38,867 nucleotides of DNA from Deltaproteobacteria bacterium (GCA_019307665.1 JAFDJC010000003.1:1-38867); one strand, 5' to 3'. Positions 17,987 to 28,959 are shown, counted from the first letter of the stretch. Program-made: numbers and translations. The notes: generated by a model from the sequence alone, not told the origin.

Positions 17987-20900
17987 TTAATCTGCATATT
18001 TTTTCTTTAATTGTTTAAACCTGTTGGAGTCCCTGATGTTTGCTATATCCGTATCGGACATAATATGTTTCCAGTTGTTGAACCCTTTCTTTAACGCCTC
18101 TTCAAACCAGACGAGTGCTTCTTCCGATTTGTTTTGAACGGCAAACAAACAAGCAATATTATAGTAGGCAGAGAAATAGTCCGGCTGGACATCAATGATT
18201 TTTTTAAAAAGTGATACCGATTTTGAATAGTTTTTATTACGCATATAGATAAAGGCCAGGTTGTTCAGCGCCGGTACGAAATCGGGTCGAATCGACAGCG
18301 CTTTTTGATAGTTATTTAATGCTTCATAAGGATCCTCTCTGTTCTCATTTATAATGCCCATCTGATAATAGAGAGCATAGTTTTCCGGTCCAACCTTTAG
18401 TTGATGACGGACTTTTTCTGCGGCATCTTCAATCGAAAAGGAAGTCAAAATTTGTTTGAGAGTCAGGTTTAGCGTTTTATCTTGAGGTTTTATGTGAAGT
18501 GCCCTGAAAAAACAGTCGGCTGCTTTTACCGGATCTTTGTTTTCATAGTAAAGCCATCCCATATAGGAATAAATATCTGCGTTTTGCTTTTCAGTTGCAA
18601 GGTTTTTAGCAACTGCATCGAGACCGGCACGAATGCATCTTTGCTTTAAATCTCCATCATTGATAAAAGAAAAGTCGCTCACAATATATTCAGCACAGTA
18701 ATTTTCCAGCACCCCGGCCAGCCGTTCTCTCTGATCCGGGGAAGCCCGCGTGAGGTCGATCTGATTTTTTTCGTATTCATGAAATGAAAGGGTAAAGGCG
18801 GCAAGATCTATCTGTTTTTCAATATCGATCAAATAGCTTTGGATGATCTCCATCGATCGTTTGCTTAACCAGCTTTTTGACTGCAGCTTTTCCTCTATTT
18901 TCGACTCACCAATATCAACATGCATCAGTTCAGGTGCAGCAAATTCCAGTCGCGGTCGATTGTCTGTATTGATCAAGCCGTCACCGAAAAATCGCCGCAG
19001 ATCTTCGCTGATGATTAGATTAATAAACAGGCTGTGATTGGACAGGATTATATTTTTAGACTTCTTCGAATAAGTAAAATTTTTCGCCGCAACATCGATA
19101 TCCATTATGGTTTCGTCTTTGAACCCGACCAGTAGAAAATCAGGACCGATTCTCCCGGGATTGGTGCTTATCAACAGGCTGTTGGGAAACACGCTTGAAA
19201 ACGTGCGCCCGACCAAGGCAAATGTGGGCCAGTCCATTTGATAGGAATGGATCCACTGTACATTTATGCCTCCTTTGTTCAATCGCTTTTTAGCCAGTTG
19301 CATATATTCTTGAGTGTACAACGCGGCTATCCCTGCCATCCAGGGATTCGACGGCACGGAAATAATCACGTCATATGTTCGGTCGGACAATTCAAGATGC
19401 GCCCGGCCGTCTTGTACTATCAGGTTTGTTTTGGGATGCGATAGAACATGATTGTTCCAAGGGGTGAAAAATCGGCTGGCCGCAACAACCTGCTCGTTGA
19501 TTTCAACCACGTCCAACCTGTCAACGGGATAGTGGAGCACTTCACCCGCGGTAATACCGCTTCCTAAGCCTACGACAAGAACCTTTTTGGGATCTGGATG
19601 AAAAATCAAGGGGAAGTGGGCTGAAACGGTCTGGGTGCACATATCAATGCTGGTGGTTGCATCTGCCTTGCCGTTGTTTAGCATTATATAATCCGTATGC
19701 CCCAGCACATTGGGTCCCGATTGCCAGACGGTAGTAAAACCACCGATGCCATCCCCGAAAAAAACGAGTTCATCCGTTTCAAACTCGGCAAATATTTCCA
19801 TCCCGGAAAACAGGGCCTCTACCCATCCCACTTGTTTTTCACTGAATTTTTGAAAGCGATGATATTTTCCGCTTGCCAGCATATTCCGATTCCAGTGAGG
19901 GAAATAGGCGGTTAAAATAAGTCCAAAAAGGACCGGAAGAATTAATAATGTCCATTGAATACGCCGTTCCCGTAGCTGCCATCGGATATGGCCGCCCGCA
20001 AGAAGTGCGCTAAATAACTGCACGAATATCACCAAACCCAGGGCGCTCTCCTTACCGATCATCGGTATCAGTATAAATCCGGCAAAGAAGGATCCTGCTA
20101 CAGCGCCGACAGTGTTTATAGCATAGATGGACCCGATGGATCTTCCCGTGTACCGAAGGGAGCGGGCGCATATTTTAATCGTCAACGGGAAGGCGGCACC
20201 GAGGAAAAAGGTCGGTATAATCATAAACAGAAACAGAATTACCCCCTTTAGCAAAAGGAGCTGGGTAAAATGATCCTTGAAATCATAAATCAATTTTGCA
20301 AAGAATATCTGGCTATTCCCAAGAATCTGACTGACCGCCAGTGCAGACAGGGCGGCAAGAACTTGGGTAAGAATTAGCACCAGTGTTAAATCTGTCTTTT
20401 TGATATAATCAGATATTCTTCCAAAGAAGAAACTACCCATGGCAAGGCCGACGATAAATGTTGTAAGGACAATCGTAAAGGAATAAGTAGTCGGGCCCAC
20501 AATCAGACCGAGCAGTTTGGTCCAGATAACCTCGTAGGCCATTGTGCAAAAACCAGAGACGGCAACGATTATCAAGGCATGAAGATGGAATCTGTCTGTT
20601 GCCTGCGACATATCGTGGATGGATTCTGCCTCTGCTCCGGAATCGTTTGCGCCGGATCCGCTTTCCGGTCGGTATCCCTTTGAAGAAAGGCGATGGCTGG
20701 CCAGGATGCAAACAAGGCCTATCCCCATGTTGACCGCGGCAGCAATTCCCGTGGTTCCCCATATGCCGAAGTTTCTGATCAGCAGGAAACCGCATAATAT
20801 TGAACCGCAAGCGGCGCCGATGGTATTTAATCCATACAGACGCCCTACCCGGGTGCCCACATGGGAAAGTCTGATTACAAAAAAACGGCCAAGTACCGGT

Positions 20901-21373
20901 AGGGTGGCTCCCATGCAGATTACCGGTATCAGCATGAGAAAAGAGCAGGCGATGAAGGTCAGCACGTTATAACCCAGGAAATATTGGAACAGGTGATTAT
21001 AAAAAACGACACACATAGGTCGAAAGAGAATAAGCAGTACCGGCAAAAAAAGTCCGTATGCCGCGATGATGAGTTCCAAAATTCCGTAGACTCTCACCAA
21101 CATTGGCGGATTTTGGATGCGGTCAATCACTCTACCGGCCAGATAGCTGCCTAACCCGAGACCCATCATGAAAACAGTCAGAACGATACTGACTGCAAAG
21201 GGCGCATTCCCGATTATTTTTACAATCATCCGAGTCCAAAGGATCTGATATATCAATCCCGTCATACCGGAGAGAAAGAAGCAGCCGAGTATTATGGTGG
21301 AAAGCAGCCCACCTTTATGTCCGACCGTTCTTTCAACAGCTATTACAACTGGTTGTTTTTTAGTGCTTGTCAT
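17987..21373 (-). CDS. Fused MFS-like membrane domain / spermidine synthase-like SAM domain / TPR protein
   Basis: Duplicated membrane repeat (FFLSG...IYQILWTR; VSGF...YEVIWTK; YGLNTIGA / YAINTVGA), VLVVGLGSGITAG, VVEIN, QDGR, YDVIISVPSNPW, C-terminal TPRs ending AYYNIAC. Start uncertain (21373 vs 21448). Confidence 0.9.
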   Translation of the reverse strand: MTSTKKQPVVIAVERTVGHKGGLLSTIILGCFFLSGMTGLIYQILWTRMIVKIIGNAPFAVSIVLTVFMMGLGLGSYLAGRVIDRIQNPPMLVRVYGILELIIAAYGLFLPVLLILFRPMCVVFYNHLFQYFLGYNVLTFIACSFLMLIPVICMGATLPVLGRFFVIRLSHVGTRVGRLYGLNTIGAACGSILCGFLLIRNFGIWGTTGIAAAVNMGIGLVCILASHRLSSKGYRPESGSGANDSGAEAESIHDMSQATDRFHLHALIIVAVSGFCTMAYEVIWTKLLGLIVGPTTYSFTIVLTTFIVGLAMGSFFFGRISDYIKKTDLTLVLILTQVLAALSALAVSQILGNSQIFFAKLIYDFKDHFTQLLLLKGVILFLFMIIPTFFLGAAFPLTIKICARSLRYTGRSIGSIYAINTVGAVAGSFFAGFILIPMIGKESALGLVIFVQLFSALLAGGHIRWQLRERRIQWTLLILPVLFGLILTAYFPHWNRNMLASGKYHRFQKFSEKQVGWVEALFSGMEIFAEFETDELVFFGDGIGGFTTVWQSGPNVLGHTDYIMLNNGKADATTSIDMCTQTVSAHFPLIFHPDPKKVLVVGLGSGITAGEVLHYPVDRLDVVEINEQVVAASRFFTPWNNHVLSHPKTNLIVQDGRAHLELSDRTYDVIISVPSNPWMAGIAALYTQEYMQLAKKRLNKGGINVQWIHSYQMDWPTFALVGRTFSSVFPNSLLISTNPGRIGPDFLLVGFKDETIMDIDVAAKNFTYSKKSKNIILSNHSLFINLIISEDLRRFFGDGLINTDNRPRLEFAAPELMHVDIGESKIEEKLQSKSWLSKRSMEIIQSYLIDIEKQIDLAAFTLSFHEYEKNQIDLTRASPDQRERLAGVLENYCAEYIVSDFSFINDGDLKQRCIRAGLDAVAKNLATEKQNADIYSYMGWLYYENKDPVKAADCFFRALHIKPQDKTLNLTLKQILTSFSIEDAAEKVRHQLKVGPENYALYYQMGIINENREDPYEALNNYQKALSIRPDFVPALNNLAFIYMRNKNYSKSVSLFKKIIDVQPDYFSAYYNIACLFAVQNKSEEALVWFEEALKKGFNNWKHIMSDTDIANIRDSNRFKQLKKKYAD

Positions 21374-21458
21374 GTCCAATTTTTCCCAGGTGAAGAAACC
21401 ATCCCTGAGATATGGTTTCCTCTGTGAAAAAGAAAAATACAAGATCAAACTTTAACGT

Positions 21459-23072
21459 TCACAATTTATTCCTGAAATATTCAATCAGATTATTGGTAGA
21501 AGAGTCGTGTTTTAAATCAACCTCTTTTTCATGATAAAGCTCGGGCAGTATATTATTTGCAAGAATTTTTCCAAGCTGTACACCCCACTGGTCAAAGGAA
21601 TAAATATTCCAGATCACACCCTGCGCAAATATTTTGTGTTCGTACATGGCAATTAGTTTTCCAAGGATTTCCGGCGTAAGCTTCTCTGCCATAATTGTCG
21701 TAGTCGGCCGGTTGCCCTCAAATGTCTTAAATTGTACCAGGTAATCATCCTTTTCTTCTTTTTCAACTTCTTCCCTGCTTCTTCCAAACGCAAGTGCTTC
21801 TGTCTGCGCAAAAAAATTAGACATCAGCTTCACATGGTGGTCGCCCACAGGATTTTGGGATTTGGCAAAACCGATAAAATCGCATGGGATCAGTTTTGTG
21901 CCCTGATGAATCAGCTGGTAAAACGCATGCTGACCGTTAGTTCCCGGTTCGCCCCATATCACAGGACCTGTCTGGTAGTTTACCCTGTTACCGTTTTTGT
22001 CCACAGATTTTCCATTGCTCTCCATGTCACCCTGCTGAAAGTATGCCGGAAAACGAAGAAGATACTGATCATATGGAAGGATTGCATGACTCTCTGCGCC
22101 AAAAAAATTATTATACCAAATGCTTATAAGGCCAAGGATTACAGGCATATTTTCTTCAAGTCTGGTATTCAGAAAATGGTTGTCCATTGCGTGAAAACCG
22201 GAAAGCATTTGGTTAAAATGATCAGGACCTACTGAAATCATAACGGGCAAGCCTATTGCCGAACAAAGCGAATACCGCCCCCCCACCCAGTCCCAGAATT
22301 CAAACATGTTGTCGGAAGAAATGCCGAATTGTGTTACCGCTTCCGTATTGGTAGAAAGAGCAACGAAATGCGATGCCACGGCTTTCTCATCTTTTAGAGT
22401 TTCAATAAGCCATCTTCTCGCTGTATGAGCATTAGTCATCGTCTCCTGGGTCGTAAATGTTTTTGAGGCGATAATAAAGAGTGTCTCTTCAGGCGATTTG
22501 TCTCTAAGGCACTCCGATATATGTGTTCCGTCAATGTTGGAAATAAATTCAACCGACAATTGCCTGTCCGAATATGCCCTCAGGGCTTCGCAAGCCATAA
22601 CAGGGCCGAGGTCTGATCCGCCTATTCCTATATTCACAATATTTTTTATTTTTTCCCCTGTATATCCCTTCCAGGTGCCATTTCGGACTTTTACTGAAAA
22701 ATTCGTCATTTTCTCAAGCACCCTGTTCACTTCCGGCATAATATTCTTGTCGTCAACAAATATCGGTGTGTTGGATCGATTTCTGAGAGCGGTGTGCAGC
22801 ACTGCCCTGTCTTCAGTTTGGTTAATTCGTTTTCCTGAAAACATGTCTGATATTGCGTCAGGCAAACCTGAAGCCTTAGCAAGATCGAAAAGAAGCTTCA
22901 TTGTCTCCTGCGATATCCGATGCTTGGAATAATCTACATAGAGATCTTCTTTTACTATTTTGAACTTATCTCCCCTTAAAGAGTCCTGATCAAACAATTC
23001 CTGAATAGTAATATGTTTTACTTTTTGAAAATGTTCCTGTAGTTTTTTCCATTCCTTTTTCTCTGTAAGCAT
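21459..23072 (-). CDS. pgi: Glucose-6-phosphate isomerase
   Basis: [52 protein letters not shown]; SD AAGGAGA 6 nt before ATG 23072. Confidence 0.98.
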   Translation of the reverse strand: MLTEKKEWKKLQEHFQKVKHITIQELFDQDSLRGDKFKIVKEDLYVDYSKHRISQETMKLLFDLAKASGLPDAISDMFSGKRINQTEDRAVLHTALRNRSNTPIFVDDKNIMPEVNRVLEKMTNFSVKVRNGTWKGYTGEKIKNIVNIGIGGSDLGPVMACEALRAYSDRQLSVEFISNIDGTHISECLRDKSPEETLFIIASKTFTTQETMTNAHTARRWLIETLKDEKAVASHFVALSTNTEAVTQFGISSDNMFEFWDWVGGRYSLCSAIGLPVMISVGPDHFNQMLSGFHAMDNHFLNTRLEENMPVILGLISIWYNNFFGAESHAILPYDQYLLRFPAYFQQGDMESNGKSVDKNGNRVNYQTGPVIWGEPGTNGQHAFYQLIHQGTKLIPCDFIGFAKSQNPVGDHHVKLMSNFFAQTEALAFGRSREEVEKEEKDDYLVQFKTFEGNRPTTTIMAEKLTPEILGKLIAMYEHKIFAQGVIWNIYSFDQWGVQLGKILANNILPELYHEKEVDLKHDSSTNNLIEYFRNKL

Positions 23073-23136
23073 TGTCATTCTCCTTATACCAGGTAATTGC
23101 TGAAATTTGGCATGGCGGGGCATTCGTCGATTAGGT

Positions 23137-23165
23137 AAAAAAGGCATAGCTGAAAATCAGCTATG
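23137..23165 (-). terminator. Hairpin plus U-tract between map and pgi (possible terminator or operator)
   Basis: CATAGCTGA-AAA-TCAGCTATG (23145-23165) followed on the minus strand by CC-TTTTTT. Confidence 0.45.
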
Positions 23166-23357
23166 TGTCAATAAAATCAGGGAAATCATAAAACTTGTAT
23201 ACAATTCAAAGCGTGAGCGAAACAAGCAAGTTAAATGGCTACATATTAATTAGCTAAGAATAGTCGCTTCTGAAAAATATCAAGGACTCGGACGCGGTCA
23301 TATCAGCAGGATCAAAGACAAAGTCAGAAAAAGGAAAAAAAGGGTGTAATAGGTTTT

Positions 23358-23395
23358 TAAAGTGAGCTAAAATTTCAATTGCCTAAAGTGAGCTA
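23358..23395. repeat. Two copies of TAAAGTGAGCTA
   Basis: 23358-23369 and 23384-23395; a third exact copy at 13270-13281. Confidence 0.7.
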
Positions 23396-23425
23396 TAGTG
23401 GAAGGGGCTTGCAAGGCTGATGAGA

Positions 23426-24325
23426 TCAGACGATAGATTCGATGTCGTAAGGGGTGAGGCTATCGTAGCCGGTTTCGGTGATAAGAACGGTCTGCTCAAA
23501 CTGAGCGGAAAGCGACTTGTCAACCGTCAATGCGGTCCAGTTGTCATCCAGGATATGAAGATTCCTTTTGCCGATGTTAATCATCGGTTCAATTGTAAAA
23601 ACCATCCCGGGGATGAGTTCAACCCCCTCTCCCTTTCTCCCGAAATGCGGTACCTGCGGCGGTTCATGAAACTCAAATCCAACGCAGTGTCCAACAAATT
23701 CGCGCACCACCGAACACCCGCGGCTTTCTGCAAAGTCCTGAATTGCCCATCCGATATCGCCTATCCTGTTGCCGGGCTTCACCACGGACAAAGCAGCCAG
23801 CAGGCTCCCTCCTGCGACCCCCACGATTTTTTTTGCCTCAGAACCCGGGGAACCCACAAAAAAGGTTTTATTGGCATCGGCAAAATACCGGTCAAGCACT
23901 GATGTAACGTCCACATTGATGATATCGCCATCTTCAAGCGCTCTGTCACCGGGAATGCCGTGGCAGATCACTTCATTGACTGATGTGCAAACGCTTTTCG
24001 GAAATCCTTTATAATTCAGACAGGCAGGAACTGCATTGTTTTTTATTGTAAATTCGTGGACCAGTGTGTTGATATCATCCGTTGTGATGCCCGGCCCGAT
24101 CTCTTTTTCCACCATATCGAGGGTTTCAATAACAAGACGCCCGGCCCTCTTTATCCCCTCAATATCTTTCAGGTTTTTAGTCCGAATACCATATCTTTTA
24201 TAATACTCTCCCGCGATATCAAATTTTGCCTTTTTTTGATTCACAGCACAGCACTTTTTATACTTTTTCCCACTTCCACACGGGCACGGGTCATTCCGAC
24301 CTGCCTTGATTATTTTTTGTTTCAT
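23426..24325 (-). CDS. map: Type I methionine aminopeptidase with N-terminal SEC-C motif
   Basis: [18 protein letters not shown]; [51 protein letters not shown]; TAATG overlap with the upstream gene. Confidence 0.95.
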   Translation of the reverse strand: MKQKIIKAGRNDPCPCGSGKKYKKCCAVNQKKAKFDIAGEYYKRYGIRTKNLKDIEGIKRAGRLVIETLDMVEKEIGPGITTDDINTLVHEFTIKNNAVPACLNYKGFPKSVCTSVNEVICHGIPGDRALEDGDIINVDVTSVLDRYFADANKTFFVGSPGSEAKKIVGVAGGSLLAALSVVKPGNRIGDIGWAIQDFAESRGCSVVREFVGHCVGFEFHEPPQVPHFGRKGEGVELIPGMVFTIEPMINIGKRNLHILDDNWTALTVDKSLSAQFEQTVLITETGYDSLTPYDIESIV

Positions 24326-24798
24326 TAATAACACCTGTCGACATTTACAACTTCTTCCACCAAGCTGAAAACAGCCCTGTAAATTTTTTCATTCTTGCTA
24401 GCCCGTGGTCCTGCGACATTCAGTACTTGAATCATATGTTTCCTCAACCAGGCAATAGTACACTCAACCGCGCCGGACATGCCTTGGTTATTCAAATCAA
24501 TGTGAAGACATGGCTTGTTATGGTTGCGAGCCATGGCCATGGTGTATCCGGAGCCCCCGATCAACTTTCCGTAGGAGATGATCATGGTGCCGTCGGACTC
24601 AACAACATTCTTTTCAGTCCGCTCACTGTATCCACATCCGATCATTTCCTCCATCTCATATTTTTTTGATAGCGGGCCCTTCTCGGTCAATCTTCCTTCA
24701 GGCACCCAGCCCCCATGAGGCGTTCCTGTAACAATAGCCGCATCAAGGGCTGCCTGGTCAGCCCCTGTCTGCCCTCCTGAAATTATTTTTATTATCAT
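24325..24798 (-). CDS. Putative molybdenum carrier / YpsA-like SLOG protein
   Basis: [41 protein letters not shown]. Confidence 0.9.
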   Translation of the reverse strand: MIIKIISGGQTGADQAALDAAIVTGTPHGGWVPEGRLTEKGPLSKKYEMEEMIGCGYSERTEKNVVESDGTMIISYGKLIGGSGYTMAMARNHNKPCLHIDLNNQGMSGAVECTIAWLRKHMIQVLNVAGPRASKNEKIYRAVFSLVEEVVNVDRCY

Positions 24799-24831
24799 TG
24801 CTTTATAAACACCTCACAGAAAGACACACCA

Positions 24832-25413
24832 TTAATCTGAATATATTTTTTCTTTTAGAATCTTTTTCTGCTGTTTCCGGGCAGTTCGCTTTTCTTTCTT
24901 TTTTACAAGTTTAATTTTTATATCATCCTGATACTTTTTTAAAGCTGAAAATGAAAAAAAATATCCTGTTATTGCAATGGGGATGCCGATTATTATGCCG
25001 CCAAAGATCATGGCCATCAAAATTTCAGGTGTGCTCTGCAATAAATTAATGACTGTAATTTCAGGACTTCCGGCAGGATTGCATGAAGGGGTCAGACCAG
25101 TCATTTTTGCACCGACAAAGTAGGTAATGCCATAAAGTACAGGCGCTGTTACAGGGTTTGATATCCAAACACCTGCTGCTGAAGATATTTTATTCCATTG
25201 GAAAATGGCTGCAAAAAAAACCGCGATAGGGGTCTGAAATCCCATGAAAGGGGTCATTCCCACAAACAGGCCAAGGGCAAAGCCGAGCGCAATTTCATGG
25301 GGATTACCCCTTATCTTTAGAAATCTCCGATAGGCTCTCAATAAAAATGCAGTAATAACATTCCTGCTCTTTTTCCGACTATCATCTTGTTCTGTAACCA
25401 TTCTATCCTGCAT
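24832..25413 (-). CDS. DUF2062 family membrane protein
   Basis: PHEIALGFALGLFVGMTP..G.Q, WISNPVT. Confidence 0.85.
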   Translation of the reverse strand: MQDRMVTEQDDSRKKSRNVITAFLLRAYRRFLKIRGNPHEIALGFALGLFVGMTPFMGFQTPIAVFFAAIFQWNKISSAAGVWISNPVTAPVLYGITYFVGAKMTGLTPSCNPAGSPEITVINLLQSTPEILMAMIFGGIIIGIPIAITGYFFSFSALKKYQDDIKIKLVKKKEKRTARKQQKKILKEKIYSD

Positions 25414-25498
25414 CCCGATGTTATGATTGCTGAAGATACCAGCTATAATATATTGAGGGACGTGTCAATATGATTGAGCCCGGTCCAAACGCTTTCTA

Positions 25499-26206
25499 TT
25501 ATGAAAATCTGCTTAAAAAACCTGATACAACCGATACAACAAGAATAACGGCGGTAAATCCTATACAGCCGGCCCCGATAAAACGATGGAATACATTTTC
25601 TCTGGTTTTTTGTTCATACCCCAAAATATAACCCAAAACTATTCCGGCAGCAATTCCTCCACCATGCGCCCAATTATTAATTCCAGGTATAATCAGACCG
25701 AAAACAAACAATCCGATCACCCAACCCCTGACCTGCCTGAAAAGGCTGTTTCCAAATACATCGCCCCGGCTTTTTCCATAATACAGCAGGGTTCCGATCA
25801 GACTGCACACCGAAGCTGATGCTCCTATTGTAAAAGCCACTCCAGCAAGATTTGACAGAAAAAATCCTGCGATGCTCCCAAGAATGTAAATGGCAGACAT
25901 TCTCCATATGCCATACACCCTGACAACAAACGGCGCAATCTGTTTGAAAGCGGCCATATTAAAAAAAATGTGCAGTATTCCGCCATGAAGGAAGCCGGCT
26001 GAAACAAGCGACCACCAGCGATGGTAGCTTCCTACAGGTATTGACCCGGTAGCGCCCATGGCAAAAAGGCTATCGCTCCCGGGCGATAAAAAGGTTAAAG
26101 GATTAGCGGACAGCCCGGGAATCTTTCTACTGAAAACAATCGACACGATAAACATAAATATGTTTACACAGATCACTCCTTTAATAAATTTGTCGTTATT
26201 TTTCAT
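25499..26206 (-). CDS. Rhomboid family intramembrane serine protease
   Basis: FLHGGILHIFFN, GASA (catalytic Ser), NWAHGGG (catalytic His). Confidence 0.93.
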   Translation of the reverse strand: MKNNDKFIKGVICVNIFMFIVSIVFSRKIPGLSANPLTFLSPGSDSLFAMGATGSIPVGSYHRWWSLVSAGFLHGGILHIFFNMAAFKQIAPFVVRVYGIWRMSAIYILGSIAGFFLSNLAGVAFTIGASASVCSLIGTLLYYGKSRGDVFGNSLFRQVRGWVIGLFVFGLIIPGINNWAHGGGIAAGIVLGYILGYEQKTRENVFHRFIGAGCIGFTAVILVVSVVSGFLSRFS

Positions 26207-26235
26207 TACTTGTTGTTATTTTTAATTAAGACCGG

Positions 26236-26370
26236 CTACTCTTCAAAACAAAATTCCATAGTAAAATCGCCATTGTCGGTTTTATATGACATGACAATAA
26301 CCGGACGCCCTGGGATATGGTCCAGTGAATGCCCGCTTCCAATAAGAACATTTACATGTTTTGCATCCAT
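26236..26370 (-). CDS. Candidate 44-aa small protein (below ORF-track cutoff)
   Basis: MDAKHVNVLIGSGHSLDHIPGRPVIVMSYKTDNGDFTMEFCFEE*; GAGGA 5 nt before the ATG; fills the ppiA-rhomboid gap on the same strand. Confidence 0.45.
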   Translation of the reverse strand: MDAKHVNVLIGSGHSLDHIPGRPVIVMSYKTDNGDFTMEFCFEE

Positions 26371-26379
26371 ATCAATCCT

Positions 26380-26952
26380 CTAAAGCTGGCCGCAATTTTC
26401 AATCACAACCTTTGCTTTGGGCCGGCCGTTCTGCGAGCCAACGGTTTCTATCTTTCCGACGATATCCATTCCTTTAGTCACACGCCCGAATACGACGTGT
26501 TTGCCGTCGAGCCACGGTGTTTTTATTGTAGTAATAAAAAATTGCGAGCCGTTGGTGCCGGGTCCGCTATTGGCCATTGACAGCATCCCCACATCCGTAT
26601 GTTTAAGTTTGAAGTTTTCATCCGAAAATTTCATCCCATAAATTGACTTCCCTCCGGTACCATTGTGGTTTGTAAAATCACCGCCCTGAATCATAAAACG
26701 GGGAATGATTCTGTGAAACGTACTGCCTTTGTAACCGAAACCTTTTTCGCCAGTGCACAGAGCACGGAAGTTTTCTGCAGTTTTAGGCACAATATCGGCC
26801 TGCAGTTCGATCTCAATTCGTCCTGATGGTTTCCCATCAATACTAATATCCAGAAAGACGTTCGGGTTTTCTGCAAAGGCGCTAAAAGCGATTAAAAAAT
26901 AAATCCCCAATAAATAAAATATAACCCTTGGTATTCTTAAAGCAAAACGCAT
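26380..26952 (-). CDS. ppiA: Cyclophilin-type peptidyl-prolyl isomerase with signal peptide
   Basis: [66 protein letters not shown]; signal ends AFA; SD AGGAGA. Confidence 0.95.
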   Translation of the reverse strand: MRFALRIPRVIFYLLGIYFLIAFSAFAENPNVFLDISIDGKPSGRIEIELQADIVPKTAENFRALCTGEKGFGYKGSTFHRIIPRFMIQGGDFTNHNGTGGKSIYGMKFSDENFKLKHTDVGMLSMANSGPGTNGSQFFITTIKTPWLDGKHVVFGRVTKGMDIVGKIETVGSQNGRPKAKVVIENCGQL

Positions 26953-26987
26953 AGTTATCTCCTTTCATCAAGATTTGAATTTTCTAT

Positions 26988-27746
26988 CTATAGCATATAC
27001 CGATAGGGATGGAAATGGATAGGAACCCTAACCTTGCTGCTGGCCTTATTTTTAAAAAGAAGAAATCCATTATCTTTACCAAAAAGAAAGATGTCTTTCG
27101 TGATCTCAACGTCTATTCTGCAGTAATCTATTATCTCTCTTATTCTTCCCTGCTTCCACCATCTAAGCGCCTGGAGGCCGTCCGCGCTTTTTTTTATACC
27201 GAGTGTTTCTGTGGCCAGATGATCAAGGGAAAGTCTATATCCAAGCCTTTAATGAACTTTTTCAAGGATGTCGATGGTATTGATATTATTAAAATTAAAG
27301 TCAGAGTAGCCGCCCAACACTTTATAATCAAAACGTTTGATATTAAAGCCGACAACTGCATCAAATTTTGACATGTGTTCAATTAGATCGGAAACCTGGT
27401 TTTCAAGAAATTCAAAATATGTATCAGCCCTGGAATCATTGTTAATCAGCATTCGCTCCATTACCGGAAGGTTGTAAATAAGTGTTTTACCGCTTGCAGT
27501 GGGCGTTGCAACAACAACATTTTTTCCTGACCTGATAAGATCAATCGCTTCAGCCTGATGCCGGTAGAGACCGTCTCCACCTGTTTGATGTATAATGTTC
27601 AGCACATCTTCCGGCAACGGCTTTTGTGTATCGGCAATTGCTCCTTCATGCCCGTCAATAACCTTGTGATAAGCCACCTGGTGAGACATCCGCTTGGAAT
27701 TGATAAGTGATTCTATATATTCTTTGATATCCGGCTTTCTGTTCAT
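26988..27746 (-). pseudogene. DEAD/DEAH helicase + RNase H-like exonuclease fusion (MrfA-like), internally deleted with a premature stop
   Basis: LYRHQAEAI and ATPTASGKT (Q motif, motif I) join directly to VVGFNIKRFDY...IDIL. TAA at 27251-27249, after which the same frame reads RLGYRLSLDHLA...KSADGLQALRWWKQG...DYCRIDVEIT...to TAG at 26990-26988. Confidence 0.88.
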
Positions 27747-27898
27747 GCTATTTTTTTTCCTGTCTGCATGGGCATACGTGTTTTTTTTAAATAAAGCAAT
27801 CGATGGGAAAAAGATGGGCGTAATTCTCACACGTATAATTGCATACAATACATGGAAAAAACTTGAAAAATATTCTGCATTATATATATTGAGATTCC

Positions 27899-28930
27899 AT
27901 GCATCATTTTCTTATTATAATGAAACGATATTTCCAAATTGCACGCAGGGAAAACGCCCACAAAATCATCCTGCCGATTCTGCTGGTTTTTTTTATCGGA
28001 AGCGCTGCATTCTTCTGGTTTGAAAAAGAGGCAGGCTTAACAGACTCATTCTGGTGGTCCATCGTCACCATGACAACCGTAGGATATGGTGATATTTCAC
28101 CCATGACAATCGGGGGCAAAATTACCGGTGTGCTGGTGATGATTTTCGGCATCGGTTTTTTAGGTGTATTTACAGCTGCAATAGCAGGTTTTTTTATTGA
28201 AAACAGGCTTCTGGAGAATAAAGGAATGAAACCAACCAATTTTACCGATCATTTTATCATCTGCGGATGGAATTTCAGGGGAGATGATATTGTGGCAGAA
28301 CTCCGCGCAGACCCCAAAAGCGCTGATCTTCCACTGGTCATTATCGCAGATATTCCTGAAAAACCACTGGATGACATTCAAATCCATTTTATTCGGGGAG
28401 ACGTCAACCCGGACACACTCGAAAAAGCTAATATTTCCAAGGCAGGGGTTGCCTTCATCCTCTCTGATGATAAGCTTGACTCTCATTCAGGGGATGCAAA
28501 AACGATTCTCAATACCATGACCGTTAAAAATATCTGTCCTGACGTGTATACATGCGTGGAGTTAATGGACCCTAAGAACATGGACCACTGCAGGATGATA
28601 AAAGCGGACGAAGTGATCATTGTTGGAGAACTCAGCACAAACCTTCTGGTGCAGGCAGCCCTTGATCATGGCATCACAAGAATGATCAGTGAGCTTGTCA
28701 GCAATAAATATGGTGAAGACCTTTACAAAATAGGACTTCCGTCTTATCTTACGGATAAAGATTTTTTTTCAGTGATGTGTGAGTTAAAAAAACAGCATAA
28801 TATACTCTGCATCGGCATTGAGGACAAATCAGGACAAAACCTGATTGCCAATCCGGACACAAGTTACAGACTTAAGGCTGATGATATGCTGATCGTTATT
28901 GCAAAGGACAGACCTGATAAAAATATTTAA
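27899..28930 (+). CDS. Potassium channel protein (2TM pore + RCK/TrkA domains)
   Basis: TMTTVGYGD filter, HFIICGWN Rossmann-like RCK. Start 27899 or 27920. Confidence 0.94.
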   Translation: MHHFLIIMKRYFQIARRENAHKIILPILLVFFIGSAAFFWFEKEAGLTDSFWWSIVTMTTVGYGDISPMTIGGKITGVLVMIFGIGFLGVFTAAIAGFFIENRLLENKGMKPTNFTDHFIICGWNFRGDDIVAELRADPKSADLPLVIIADIPEKPLDDIQIHFIRGDVNPDTLEKANISKAGVAFILSDDKLDSHSGDAKTILNTMTVKNICPDVYTCVELMDPKNMDHCRMIKADEVIIVGELSTNLLVQAALDHGITRMISELVSNKYGEDLYKIGLPSYLTDKDFFSVMCELKKQHNILCIGIEDKSGQNLIANPDTSYRLKADDMLIVIAKDRPDKNI

Positions 28931-28959
28931 TAATCGCAACAACATAATGGGGGACATAT

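Noticed and set aside
23680-23700. GHCVG instead of the usual GHG(I/V)G in Map
   Set aside because: The metal-binding His and the other ligands are intact; a single substitution is not informative.
27249-27251. Programmed readthrough or selenocysteine at the internal stop
   Set aside because: The stop is TAA and the gene is already broken by a large deletion.
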